Shown: positions 21,011-31,255, counted from the stretch's first letter. The stretch: DNA of 64,000 nt from Polyangiaceae bacterium (GCA_050287085.1 JBNKBE010000002.1:320001-384000), one strand, 5' to 3'. Numbers and translations: made by a program. The notes: a model not told the origin generated them from the letters alone.

Positions 21011-22398
21011 GGCTTGGGTCCCCGCGGTCCGTTTGCGATCTTGCCGCTTCGCAGCTTGCTGCCCCCGTAGGGCTTGACGAGGGGCAGGGTCTCGAAGCGA
21101 GCCTTGTAGACGGCTGTGAGTTCGGCGAGCTTGTTCGGCTCTGTTCGACTCAGATCTTCCTTCTCGTCCGGATCCTGGACCAAGTTGAACAGACGGTAGC
21201 TCACGCCCGGACCGTTGACGATGAGCTTATAGTCGCCCTCAATGATGGCGTGGCGCTCTGGATTGTTGGTGTCCTCCGGTAGATCGAGGATGATGGGCTC
21301 GCGATTGGATGGCGACTCTTTGCCATAGACCTCGGCCACCAGCGAGCGTCCCATGAAGCTGCTTGGGAGTTCAGAGATCCCCATCAGTTCGAGCACCGTG
21401 GGCGCGAGATCGACAAGGCTGCGACGTTCGCTGATGGTTTGTGCTTTGGCGCCAGGAGCCAGGATCAAGAGCGGCACGTGCGTGAGCTCCTCCCAGAGCT
21501 CAAAGGCGTGTTTGTACATGCCATGCTCGCCAAACGCTTCCCCGTGGTCGGCGCTCACGATCACCGCCGTGCGCTTCCACCAGGGTTGCTTCTTGGCAAA
21601 GTCCAGTAGGCGTCCAATATGGAAGTCCGTGAACCAAATCTCTGAGTCGTAGCGGCCGCGATTGTCCTTACCAAAGTCCGGGCTTTCCGCGTGCTTCACG
21701 TACTGGTCGTGAGGATCCATGTAGTGCAGCCACATGAAGAACTGTCCTCCTACATTTTCGCGCTTGGAGAGCATCTTCACTGCGAGGTCGGTCATCTTGT
21801 CCGACGTAACGTGCTCGTCCGTCTGTGCGTTGAAGGTGAGGCCCTCGGTCAACTCCCACTCGTCGAAGCCCTGATTGAGATTCTTGCCTCGATCGAAATA
21901 GCTATGGGCATGCCCACCCAGGGTGCGGACGTTGTGTTCTTGCAGCACTTCGGTGAAGAAGAGATTGCTGTCTGGGAAGCCGGCAAAGAATGTACCGGAG
22001 CGGTAGATCGTTGACGGATAGCGCCCTGCAAGCATGGCTGAGACGCTCTTGGCCGTGTAGCTGGACGCGGAGTAGGCGTTTGCGTAGTGGATCCCCGCCT
22101 CGGCTAGGGCCGTCAGATTCGGGGCGATCGGCTTCTTGTATCCGTTCCAGGGCATGTCGCTGCGTAGACTGTCGATGGTCAACAGCAGGACATTGAGGTC
22201 TTTGGGGGGCCCTTCGGGCTCGGGCGCGGTGTCCGCTGCCGTCGATAGTGCGGTGGGTTGGGAGCTCGCACCGGCGCTGGGGACGGGGCCGGCCACCGTG
22301 CTTGACGGGAGGGGGGCCGGCGCCTTCTGGTGGCGCTCGTCGCAACCGCTCGCGGCAAAAGTAGCTCCCAGTAGCAGCACAGTCAGGGCTATTCTCAT
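21007..22398 (-). CDS. Sulfatase-like (alkaline phosphatase superfamily) lipoprotein hydrolase/transferase
   Basis: Lipobox ASGC; NVLLLTIDSLRSD, WLHYMDPH, VSADHGE, HVPL. The nucleophile motif reads SYTAKSV. Confidence 0.88.
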   Translation of the reverse strand: MRIALTVLLLGATFAASGCDERHQKAPAPLPSSTVAGPVPSAGASSQPTALSTAADTAPEPEGPPKDLNVLLLTIDSLRSDMPWNGYKKPIAPNLTALAEAGIHYANAYSASSYTAKSVSAMLAGRYPSTIYRSGTFFAGFPDSNLFFTEVLQEHNVRTLGGHAHSYFDRGKNLNQGFDEWELTEGLTFNAQTDEHVTSDKMTDLAVKMLSKRENVGGQFFMWLHYMDPHDQYVKHAESPDFGKDNRGRYDSEIWFTDFHIGRLLDFAKKQPWWKRTAVIVSADHGEAFGEHGMYKHAFELWEELTHVPLLILAPGAKAQTISERRSLVDLAPTVLELMGISELPSSFMGRSLVAEVYGKESPSNREPIILDLPEDTNNPERHAIIEGDYKLIVNGPGVSYRLFNLVQDPDEKEDLSRTEPNKLAELTAVYKARFETLPLVKPYGGSKLRSGKIANGPRGPKP

Positions 22399-22498
22399 CG
22401 TACCGGGCCTAGCGCACGCGTTGCGCGCTGGCCACATTTTGCGCGGGATAGGGGACGGCGGAAACTCGGCCGTCCCGACGGCATAGGGACGGTGGCGC

Positions 22499-24010
22499 TT
22501 GCACGGGCGGGAGTGCGCGGGCACGCTTGCTGACGGGGAAGCCTTGCCGCGTCTAACTCTGGTTCTTGTGATGTTGGCCTGCGCCCTGGCCAGTGGTGGC
22601 GCTGCGCTCGCAGCGTTCAAGGGTGCACTCGAGCCTGCCTGGGAGACATTTATTGTGCGGGTTCTGCCCGCCCCCTGGTTCCGTTTCGTCTGGGTCCCGT
22701 GGGGGCTTGGGGCGGTCTCGTGGGCCGTTGTTAGGGGTCGGGGCAAGGGGCGTGCCCCTAGCGGGGGCCTGGTACCGAGCGGCGATACGCCGGAAGCCAT
22801 CGTAGCTGCCTTGCGCACTCTGCTGACGACCTCGGACGCTTTCGTGCAGGACGCGACCTCGCTGCTGGACCGGGTCTTGGCGTGTGCGGTTCAGGCTCGC
22901 GCGAGCGATATCCACCTTTCTCCCGAGCAGCAGGGCCTCGTTCTGGCGTTCAGGCTCGACGGGCAGCTGCAGCGCGTGGCGGTACTGACGACTGCGGTGG
23001 GGCAGCCGCTTCAGAATCGCGTCAAGGTTCTGAGTGGGCTAAGCATCGAAGGCCGTCAGGGCGCTTTGGACGGTCGATTTCGACGTCGTCTGGCTTGTGG
23101 CGACGTTGACGTTCGGGTTTCCGTTGTGCCGCAGCAAGAGGGGGAGCGGGTGGTACTCCGCGTATTGGAAGACTCCGAGGGCCTTCCTCGCCTTGATGCG
23201 TTGGGCTTCCCGTCGGAGACCCTTTCGGTGCTGCTGCGGCTTCTGAGTCAACGTCAGGGCGTGTTGTTCGTCACCGGACCGGTTGGAAGCGGCAAGTCGA
23301 CGACTCTATACTGCGCTCTGCGGGAAATACACGAGCGTGCTGGGGGCGCGTTATCGCTGATGACCCTTGAGGATCCGGTCGAGCGTCGCCTCGGCTTTCT
23401 TGCCCAGAGCCAGGTAGACGAGACTGTGGGGCTGACCTTTGCACAAGGGCTACGTTCATTGCTTCGCCAGGATCCGAATGTGCTGATGGTCGGTGAGATC
23501 CGGGACGAGGAAACCGCCCGCGTAGCGCTGCAGGCGGGACAGAGTGGGCATCTCATCCTCACAACTCTCCACGCACCATCCGCTATTCAGATATTCCCGC
23601 GCCTTTTCGAAATGGGCCTCCCCCCCGCTCGCACCGTTGAGGCCACGGTTGGAGTGCTTGCTCAGCGACTTGTCCGGCGTCTGTGCTCACACTGCAAGGG
23701 GGGGCCGGGTGAGGTCTCAGGCCCGGAAGCGGCGGCTCTCACCGCCCGCGGCCTCTCGCTTCCGGAGGGGAGCTATTATCAGCAAGTGGGGTGTGAGCGT
23801 TGTGACTATACCGGCTTTTCCGGCCGAATACCGATTGCCGAGGCGCTTGAGATGACAGGCGAGGTCAGGGCCCGGGTGCTCGATGCCGCTCGCGGACACG
23901 CGACGTTCGACGACGGCGGTCATGGTCTCTTGCGTGCTGGCGTCTGCGTGGCGGCGCGCGGGGATACAACGCTGCGAGAAGTGTTACTGGTTGCGGGGGA
24001 ACATGCTTGA
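22499..24010 (+). CDS. GspE/PulE/PilB-family secretion ATPase with N-terminal hydrophobic segments
   Basis: ASDIHL, GPVGSGKST, TLEDPVE, LRQDPNVLMVGEIRD, GHLILTTLH, CSHC...CERC. Start uncertain. Confidence 0.9.
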   Translation: MHGRECAGTLADGEALPRLTLVLVMLACALASGGAALAAFKGALEPAWETFIVRVLPAPWFRFVWVPWGLGAVSWAVVRGRGKGRAPSGGLVPSGDTPEAIVAALRTLLTTSDAFVQDATSLLDRVLACAVQARASDIHLSPEQQGLVLAFRLDGQLQRVAVLTTAVGQPLQNRVKVLSGLSIEGRQGALDGRFRRRLACGDVDVRVSVVPQQEGERVVLRVLEDSEGLPRLDALGFPSETLSVLLRLLSQRQGVLFVTGPVGSGKSTTLYCALREIHERAGGALSLMTLEDPVERRLGFLAQSQVDETVGLTFAQGLRSLLRQDPNVLMVGEIRDEETARVALQAGQSGHLILTTLHAPSAIQIFPRLFEMGLPPARTVEATVGVLAQRLVRRLCSHCKGGPGEVSGPEAAALTARGLSLPEGSYYQQVGCERCDYTGFSGRIPIAEALEMTGEVRARVLDAARGHATFDDGGHGLLRAGVCVAARGDTTLREVLLVAGEHA

Positions 24011-24494
24011 ACGCCTGACGCAGCTCTTCTTTCTGGCCGGCGCTCTGGGGCTGGTGCTGCTCGCTGGGCAGTGGCTGCTAGCCGCTGTCGAGGAGCCCGC
24101 GCGCAAGACCGTAGCGGTACCGTCGCTCGAGGAGGGGAGGAAGGAAGGCGCTTCCCTACTCGACCGTCTTCCGTTCCGGTCGACGTCGAGTTCGCCGGCG
24201 ACAAGTGAGCTCTCACAGATCGGCGCGGCTCCGGCAGCGCCCGCAGAGGTCGACGCGTTGCTCTACGTCGACGGTGCCGCCGAAGGCGGTGTCTACGTCG
24301 AAGGTCGCTACCTGGGAGAGGCCCCGTACGTGGGGCAGGTGCGCTGCAAGTCGGGTAGCGACGTCGTCGTCGAGTGGGTGCCGGTCAAGGGTGAGCCGGC
24401 TCACTTTCGGAGACGATGTCAACAGGAGGTGCGCATTCGTCCTACACGCGATCGGCCTGAGCTTCGGCAGGCGCCCCGCCCGAGGGCGCGGTGA
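24003..24494 (+). CDS. Membrane-anchored protein with a PEGA-like beta domain
   Basis: N-terminal TM helix; GGVYVEGRYLGEAP pattern; overlaps the ATPase stop. Confidence 0.6.
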   Translation: MLERLTQLFFLAGALGLVLLAGQWLLAAVEEPARKTVAVPSLEEGRKEGASLLDRLPFRSTSSSPATSELSQIGAAPAAPAEVDALLYVDGAAEGGVYVEGRYLGEAPYVGQVRCKSGSDVVVEWVPVKGEPAHFRRRCQQEVRIRPTRDRPELRQAPRPRAR

Positions 24495-24675
24495 CCTCAC
24501 CGGCCTCGCGTTTTGTGCCTGCCTGTTTGGTCTAGAGCTAGAACATTCCGCCCCCGAGGGCACCACCTATGCTGGGCGGTTCGTCTCGGGACACGGAGTG
24601 GTTTGCCAGGTGTAGCGCCTTGCCGGCTTATGTAGAGTCCGTATCGGTAGCGCGTCTGGCGCTTGCGAGGAGCCC

Positions 24676-26838
24676 ATGGACAGAAAGACTTCTGCTTTTT
24701 TCTCTTTATCAGGTCAACCCGGAGTTTGCGAGCAAGGGGCTGGGCGCACCGAGCGCGGTTCTCGTTCACTTCACCGGCGTGGGACCACGGAGTTTTTCGG
24801 CGCGCTGTCTTTCGGCGCGCTGTCTTTCAGCGCATTGCCTTCGTTTCGTGGCTTGGCGGGGTCGGTGGTGTTGTGCGCGGCCCTGGGGGCCGCCGGTTGT
24901 GCTGCTGAGGGCAACGTCGCTGGCGCTCCCGCCACGGGGGGAGCTGGCGGTGATGGTGGTGAGGTCGCTGGCAGCGAGAACGCATCGCTCCCCGACGGCG
25001 AGAACGCAGGCGGCGCGACGGTCCCTGCTCCGCTTCCGGATGATGAAGGGGAGGACACGCTCATCGGGGATGTGACGCCACCGGTTGGCAAGAGCGGGAT
25101 CCGCCCTGGGGACGCGGTCGATATCCTATTTGTCGTCGACAACTCCACGTCCATGGGTGACAAGCAGGCGATCTTCAAGGCCGCCATTCCCGACTTGATC
25201 GATCAGATGGTGAAACCGCCCTGCTTCAACGAATCCACAGGGGAATTCGTGGCATTTGACGATCAGGGCAACTGCACGGGCGCAGGTGTCTCCCGGGTAT
25301 TTGAGCCCGTGACGGACATCCACGTTGCCGTCATTTCGTCGAGCCTTGGCAGTCATGGTTTGGGACCCGATCAGGTCGAAGGCAAACCGATCTGCCCTGA
25401 CGACGTGTTTGAGCAAAATGATCGCGCCCATTTGATCCCATCGGTTCGACCCGAGGACGGGCTCGACGCCTCCAATGGGGGGTTCTTGGTCTGGGATTCA
25501 GCGGGGGATGCGGACGCGGCGGAAACGGACGCCAAGTTGGCGGCGCTTGCGACTAGCTTTGGAGGGCAAGTAGATGCCGTTCGGGAGCACGGTTGCGGCT
25601 TCGAAGCACCGCTGGAGGCAGCATACCGATTCTTGGTCGAACCGGAGCCCTACGCCACCATCGAGCGGGGTCCTTGTTCCGATGCCGACACCTCGAATAA
25701 CTGCGCGCTGCCCACAGGGGTGGACTCTGAATTGCTCGCTCAGCGCGAAGCCTTCTTGCGGCCAGATTCGCACGTGGTGATCGTCTTTCTTTCAGATGAG
25801 AACGACTGCTCCATCATCGACCGGAGACAAGGATACTTTGCTGTGCGTCCGACAGTCATGGCATCCGGTACAGCAATATGTGATTCCACTCCAAACGATC
25901 CGTGCTGTCATTCTTGCGTGAGGCAAGGCGTGCCCGAAGGCTGCGAACCAGACCCGGCGCTCAATGGTTGTATGGACAATGGACGCGATGAGCTGGAGGT
26001 GGCGGGGATCAGCGAAGCCTACAACCTACGCTGTTTCGACCACAAGCGACGCTTCGGTGTGGAGCTCCTGTATCCAACTTCGCGTTACCTAGATGGCTTT
26101 CAGGGGGACGATATCATCAATCGCGACAACAATGCGCGGATCCCCAATCCGCTGTTTCAGGCGGGGCGAATCAAGCAACAGGTCTTCGTCGTCGGGATCG
26201 TCGGAACCCCGTGGCAAGACACCGTGCAGGACTTGAACACTCCGGCTGGTACTTTGGAACTCAAGCGAGCAACCGACGTAGATTGGGCAAGACTCCTTCC
26301 GTTGCCGGAGATGGGCAATGTCGAGCCGCTCGATCCATTCAACATCGAGACCATGGATGCCACCCGTCGCGCGGGCAAGGCACATCCAGACACGGGAGCC
26401 ACCATCGACGGACCAGGCACCTGGAACGAAATCAACGGTCACGACCGCGAACTCGCAGCGGGGGACGGCGTAATGGACGATCTGCAATACGCCTGCATTT
26501 TTGAGCTGGCAACCCCGCGAGACTGCGCTGTGGAAGGCGTTGATCCGCTCACCTGTGACTGCACCGTTGCCGAGACGGACGACGGAACGATCGACCAAGC
26601 GACGGGCAATCCATTGTGTCGCGATCCGGAATCGGGGCAATATGGAACGACTCAGTACTTTGCTAAGGCGTATCCTGCACCGCGGATGTTTGAGGTTCTT
26701 CGTGGCATGGGAGAGCAAGGAGTCTTGTCGTCCATTTGCCCCCGAAATGCGACGGATCAAGAACTTCAGGACTACGGTTACCGCCCTGCGATCCGCGCAC
26801 TGCTGCTGGCGGTAGCGCCGGTTGAGCCGACCATGTGA
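24676..26838 (+). CDS. Cys-rich acidic lipoprotein with a vWA-like (MIDAS) domain
   Basis: Lipobox AAGC, Gly-rich linker, VDILFVVDNSTSM (DxSxS), GCGFEAPLEA, FLRPDSHVVIVFLSDENDCS, many Cys. Confidence 0.75.
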   Translation: MDRKTSAFFSLSGQPGVCEQGAGRTERGSRSLHRRGTTEFFGALSFGALSFSALPSFRGLAGSVVLCAALGAAGCAAEGNVAGAPATGGAGGDGGEVAGSENASLPDGENAGGATVPAPLPDDEGEDTLIGDVTPPVGKSGIRPGDAVDILFVVDNSTSMGDKQAIFKAAIPDLIDQMVKPPCFNESTGEFVAFDDQGNCTGAGVSRVFEPVTDIHVAVISSSLGSHGLGPDQVEGKPICPDDVFEQNDRAHLIPSVRPEDGLDASNGGFLVWDSAGDADAAETDAKLAALATSFGGQVDAVREHGCGFEAPLEAAYRFLVEPEPYATIERGPCSDADTSNNCALPTGVDSELLAQREAFLRPDSHVVIVFLSDENDCSIIDRRQGYFAVRPTVMASGTAICDSTPNDPCCHSCVRQGVPEGCEPDPALNGCMDNGRDELEVAGISEAYNLRCFDHKRRFGVELLYPTSRYLDGFQGDDIINRDNNARIPNPLFQAGRIKQQVFVVGIVGTPWQDTVQDLNTPAGTLELKRATDVDWARLLPLPEMGNVEPLDPFNIETMDATRRAGKAHPDTGATIDGPGTWNEINGHDRELAAGDGVMDDLQYACIFELATPRDCAVEGVDPLTCDCTVAETDDGTIDQATGNPLCRDPESGQYGTTQYFAKAYPAPRMFEVLRGMGEQGVLSSICPRNATDQELQDYGYRPAIRALLLAVAPVEPTM

Positions 26839-26871
26839 CGCGGGCGAGACGCGATGGCCAGTGGGAGTGCG

Positions 26872-27726
26872 CTACTGGCCAGAGTGAAGCCAGCGCACTG
26901 CCTTGAGCAATAGCTGGCCCGTTTCGGGCGGAAACTGGCCATGACGGCTGCCCGACAAAAGCTCGAAGCGGGCCCGTAGCCCAGACGCCAGCAGCTGTGA
27001 AGTGCCGTTTTTCATGTGCTGAGTTGGCTCCAGGGTACCACCAAAGACGAAGACGGCGCGGGCGTCGCGCAGCAGGTCGGCGCGCGGCGCAGTGGGCGGG
27101 CCGCCCAGGATCACCCAGGGATAGCGCGTCGGATACAGCGCCGCCAGCGCCTGGGCGCGCGAGGCTCCCTGCGAATAGCCAAAGAGCGTCGCTTGTGTAG
27201 CCACCGCATCGCCTCGTTCCTGGGCTACTCGCTCGCGGGCGAGCTGAAGCTCGCTGTCAATGACGGCAAGCTCTTGGGTCCAACGCATTCTGCCTGTGGA
27301 GCACGGGATGTTTGCTTGCACTGCCACCACCGTTGCTACCGTGCTGAGCTGGGATGACCAGGTATCGCTCTTTTCCATAACTCCACAGCGACCGTGAAGA
27401 TAGAATAGGAGGCCGGTCACCCCGCGCTTGGCGTGGGTAACCCGCACGAGGCGCCCAGAGGAGAGCGTCACGTCCTGGGGCTCATGGGGCGTGAAGGTAG
27501 CGACCCTGCTTGTGTTCTCTGCTTCTGGCTGAGCGTCTGGCGGCGCGTCCCGCAGGACCGCAGGGGACGCCCTGTGCACCGCAGCCGACAGCGGCTCCGA
27601 GGACCTTTGCGTCTGGTTCGAGGGTACCACTCTTGAGCTTGTCGGAGCGGGGCGAGCGCAAGAGGTGGCGTGCAGGAGAGCCGCGACACAACAAGCCAGA
27701 CGGCGACGGTTTCGTGAAGACGTCAA
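26872..27726 (-). CDS. Alpha/beta-hydrolase-fold protein (esterase-like), probably exported
   Basis: FYLHG, GYSQG nucleophile elbow, C-terminal His (SRHG). TTG start overlapping the upstream stop is estimated. Confidence 0.7.
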   Translation of the reverse strand: MTSSRNRRRLACCVAALLHATSCARPAPTSSRVVPSNQTQRSSEPLSAAVHRASPAVLRDAPPDAQPEAENTSRVATFTPHEPQDVTLSSGRLVRVTHAKRGVTGLLFYLHGRCGVMEKSDTWSSQLSTVATVVAVQANIPCSTGRMRWTQELAVIDSELQLARERVAQERGDAVATQATLFGYSQGASRAQALAALYPTRYPWVILGGPPTAPRADLLRDARAVFVFGGTLEPTQHMKNGTSQLLASGLRARFELLSGSRHGQFPPETGQLLLKAVRWLHSGQ

Positions 27727-28316
27727 CGCGGACCGAGGGCCACCGCGGTTGCGACCAATTGCACTTCGTTGGCGCTCCCGTCCTCGTTCTTGCTGGTGAA
27801 CGTGGCGCCTTCGCTTTCGAGATGGGCCACGTGAGAAGCCGCGACTTGCTTGACGACCACGGCGCCTTCGACCCGAGCGCTCCGCCCAGCAGAATCGGTG
27901 GGTACGAAGAAGCCGTAGTCCTTGAACGTGACGCGGCACCCAATGCCGGCTCCGTCGGCGCTTTCAGCAAGCTCCATCCAGCAGCCTTTTCTCGAACAGG
28001 CGCGCCGCACCGTGGCTGCGACTTCGACCGTCTTTCCGGAGTACGCCATCGGAGCCGCTAGGATCTCCTGGAGAGCGGCCTTGGGTGCTCCGCTGAATTG
28101 GCTGCCGAAGCGGGATTCCTCGGTCGGCGCAGGCGAGTGCGATTCGACGTGGGCGCGGCTCGTTGCTTCAGTGGCGTCAGGTGTCGGACCAGAGCTCGAA
28201 CGGTTGCAGGCAGGGCTGAGCAGCACGGCGGAGAGCAGCACGGCGGTGAGCTTCGTGTAGACGAACTGTGTGGCACTGCGAATGGCCGTTGGCGCTGCAT
28301 GGCGGGCTGCGTTCAT
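27723..28316 (-). CDS. DUF4920-domain lipoprotein
   Basis: Lipobox SPAC; ACSRKGCWMEL and RVTFKDYGFFVP motifs. Confidence 0.8.
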   Translation of the reverse strand: MNAARHAAPTAIRSATQFVYTKLTAVLLSAVLLSPACNRSSSGPTPDATEATSRAHVESHSPAPTEESRFGSQFSGAPKAALQEILAAPMAYSGKTVEVAATVRRACSRKGCWMELAESADGAGIGCRVTFKDYGFFVPTDSAGRSARVEGAVVVKQVAASHVAHLESEGATFTSKNEDGSANEVQLVATAVALGPR

Positions 28317-28458
28317 GGGCGAGATTATAGCGCAGGGCTGGGCGCAGGCAGGGTCCAAATGAGCGGGTTGGAGTTGGCGGCCGCTGGCGCTTTCCCCTTG
28401 TCCCTACTGAGATCCAGAGGCGGGCAAGGCTCTAGCCTTGCTCTGTCGACGACTGGCC

Positions 28459-30237
28459 TCAGAGCGACGCTTCACGACGAGCCGCCCACAAGATGGCCCC
28501 TCGCAGCAGCTTCTTCATATTGGGGTCCTCGAATGCGCTGTCGGCGTGTCCGAGTGACGAATACACCATGCGATAGTTCTCGAGCTGCCGGGTCCAAATA
28601 ACAGGCTGGTTGTCTTCGCGACGCCCCAGTATTTCGAAGCCGGGCTTGGTGCTCCAGGTCTGATACGAGTTGAAGTTCCACCATTCGCCCGTCCAGCTCC
28701 AGGGGTTCGGAAGGTCCTTGACGATGGGGTGAGCCGTGTTGTCAAACGTGATCTGTCCGGCGGTTCCGGCCAGCCCATGCCCGTCGTAGTACTGGCCTAT
28801 CAAGTCTGTGTAGAAGGCCCAGTTACTCTCCGTGTCGGCCGCCGAATGAATGCCGACCAGCGCGCCTTCTGTCTTGAGCCATGCCTCCAGGGCGGCTTCT
28901 TCGGCGGTGTTGAAGACGTCACCGGTTGGGTTTAGGAAGATCACGACTTCATACTGAGCTAGTCCGGCGGCCGTGAAATCACTGCTGTCGTCGCTAACCT
29001 TGGTAGTGAAGCCCTCCTCTGCCGCGATTTGGTTGATCAGCGTTCTGCCAGTGCCAATGCTGCTGTGTAGAAACGTTTCAATCTCCGAAAATACTAATAC
29101 TTTGAAGGGACCTTCTCGCGGTGAATAGGGGCCGTGGCAGCTGCTAGACTGCTCCACGCACATGAGGCCGTCGCATGGATCGCCGGCGTGCTGAGAACAG
29201 GTGCCGCCGGCGCACGTATCTTTGCCGTTGCAGAAGACGCCATCATCACAGGGGGCTTGAGTGTTCGCGAAGCCGCAACCGCTGCTTGGATCGCAACGCG
29301 GCGTTGCGCACACGTTCCCGCCACCGCACTGGCTGTCTTGAGGAACGTGAACGCAACCGGTAGCTTCACACGTGTCGAGGGTACAGGGGACATCATCGCT
29401 GCAACCCTGGGGCACACAAACGTCCGCGCAGCAGGTTTCGCCACTCTGGCATAGCTGCGCGCGTTCGCACTGGTCGTTGACGCATTCAGCGGTACCGCAC
29501 GGCTCGGCGATGCAGTTAACGGCATTGCAGTTCGGGTACTGGCAACCTTGTTCGGGATCACAAGAGCCGTCAGGGCTGGCCGTGCATAATGAAGCATCTG
29601 GCGTGTTGGTACAGCCGTCGACTTCGCATTTGTCGACCGTGCAGGCGATGTCGTCGTTGCAGTCGAAGTCGTCGTCGCAAATGGGCTCGCAGCGAGTGAT
29701 GTCCAGACAGCTTCCAGTACGGCACGCTGATGGCTCCGACCAGTGCAGGCACCCATCTGATGCTGCCAGGCATTCGCTCGATTGTCCTTCGTTGCACTGC
29801 GTTGCGTTCAAAGCGCACTCGTCGTCGCAGCCGGGGGGGGAACCGCCTGTGCCAGCTGTTGTTTCTGGGCTGTCGTCTCCACCGTAGCCGCCTCCCGCCG
29901 GGCTCTCACCCCCGGCGCCGCTACCTCCCTCGGCTGTGCCACCCGCCCCAGAATCTGCCGCGTCACCAGCGCTGCCCTCACCAGCGCTGCCCCCGTTCGC
30001 GCTGCCCTTGCCGGCACTGCCCCCGTCCGCGCTGACCTTGCCGGCACTGCCCTCGGCAGCGCTGCCTCCTCCGCTAGAGATCTGGCCTCCGCCCCCAGCC
30101 GTCGCCTGCTCGGGCTCGTCCTGGGACTCCTTCTTAAGCGGGTGTGTCAGCAGGCAACCGCTGCCAAAGAGTGCGGCTGCGATGAAGAGTAGGGCATGGC
30201 TTCCCTTGAGGCACTTCTTTGTCACCGGATCGGCCAT
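28459..30237 (-). CDS. Secreted lipoprotein: Gly/Ser linker, Cys-rich repeats, C-terminal ThuA-like domain
   Basis: Lipobox GSGC, GGSAG repeats, CNDDIACTVDKC-type repeats, then KVLVFS, VIFLNPTGD, VGIHSAAD, RMVYSSLGH. Confidence 0.82.
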   Translation of the reverse strand: MADPVTKKCLKGSHALLFIAAALFGSGCLLTHPLKKESQDEPEQATAGGGGQISSGGGSAAEGSAGKVSADGGSAGKGSANGGSAGEGSAGDAADSGAGGTAEGGSGAGGESPAGGGYGGDDSPETTAGTGGSPPGCDDECALNATQCNEGQSSECLAASDGCLHWSEPSACRTGSCLDITRCEPICDDDFDCNDDIACTVDKCEVDGCTNTPDASLCTASPDGSCDPEQGCQYPNCNAVNCIAEPCGTAECVNDQCERAQLCQSGETCCADVCVPQGCSDDVPCTLDTCEATGCVHVPQDSQCGGGNVCATPRCDPSSGCGFANTQAPCDDGVFCNGKDTCAGGTCSQHAGDPCDGLMCVEQSSSCHGPYSPREGPFKVLVFSEIETFLHSSIGTGRTLINQIAAEEGFTTKVSDDSSDFTAAGLAQYEVVIFLNPTGDVFNTAEEAALEAWLKTEGALVGIHSAADTESNWAFYTDLIGQYYDGHGLAGTAGQITFDNTAHPIVKDLPNPWSWTGEWWNFNSYQTWSTKPGFEILGRREDNQPVIWTRQLENYRMVYSSLGHADSAFEDPNMKKLLRGAILWAARREASL

Positions 30238-31199
30238 CAGAATCTCCCGAGTACGGCTGCACCAGCCCCTGTCTGCGTTACCCAGGGAGACAGTCTCACC
30301 GCTCCTGCGCTCGTCTCCGTTTCATCGCTGGCCAAGAGGTAGGTGGTCAATCCTGCGCCTAGGATTGCACCACCGGCGCCAATCAAATTCACGACGCCCC
30401 AGGTCTCAGCGCTCGAGCGTTTCTGCGGGTCCTCATATTGGTCGATGTAGATGATGCCACTCACCGTAAATAACGCGCCAAGCGCCAGCGTGGTGCTTCC
30501 AGCCACGAGCACGGCGGTGCTGAATCCGCTGGATTCAGCTGCAACGCTTTGCTCGTCTTTTTGCATCTCTTCCGCGTTCGGGGACAGCCTTGGAATCTCC
30601 ACGACCACGTCGTCCGATTCAGCACCGATGCTTACCTTCATGGTCCACGGTTGATAACCTGGGGCAGACGCCGTCAGTTCGTGCTCCCCGGGGTCGAGCG
30701 GTGATCGCGAGCCCCACAGCGGCTCACCCAATTGCGTGCCGTCGAGGCGGAGGATTAGCCCTTCTAGCGCGGCCTCTCGGGGGACGTCTACGGTCAAGTA
30801 GGATAGGATAGCTTCGAGCCGTTGGCTTTCCGTTTGAGCGAAACGCAGGCGGTCGTCTCCCGCCTGTTCCAGCTTCTGGCGCGCCAATTCATACTCTGAC
30901 CAAGCGGTCGCGGTCTTGCCACGCTTGTCGTGGCACGCGGCCATGTTGAGCAACGTCCCAGACCCCGGATCTAGACGATAACTCTCCTCAAACTTGGGGC
31001 ACGCTTCCTTGAACTGGCCCTTGGTGTACAGCTTACGACCATCTTGGAACAGCTTCTCGGCTAGCGCAGTGCGGCTGTCGGCGTTTGCACGGCTGCTGAG
31101 AGAAATAAAGCTGCCTGAGATGGCAAGGGTGAGCAGGATTGCCGGGCAAATGAAGTCTTTCAAGACACCGATGATGCCTCCAGTGGAGCGTTGGCGCAA
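30237..31199 (-). CDS. TPR plus PEGA-like domain protein
   Basis: AEKLFQDG...ACPKFEESYRLDP.SGTLLNMAAC, LDPGEHELTASAPGY, C-terminal hydrophobic hairpin. TGATG overlap with the next gene. Start uncertain. Confidence 0.8.
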   Translation of the reverse strand: MRQRSTGGIIGVLKDFICPAILLTLAISGSFISLSSRANADSRTALAEKLFQDGRKLYTKGQFKEACPKFEESYRLDPGSGTLLNMAACHDKRGKTATAWSEYELARQKLEQAGDDRLRFAQTESQRLEAILSYLTVDVPREAALEGLILRLDGTQLGEPLWGSRSPLDPGEHELTASAPGYQPWTMKVSIGAESDDVVVEIPRLSPNAEEMQKDEQSVAAESSGFSTAVLVAGSTTLALGALFTVSGIIYIDQYEDPQKRSSAETWGVVNLIGAGGAILGAGLTTYLLASDETETSAGAVRLSPWVTQTGAGAAVLGRF

Positions 31200-31255
31200 C
31201 AGGTCGCCGTTGTCGCTGGCCCTAGGCTGGGTCCGCTGGTAAGGAAAGCAACGCG

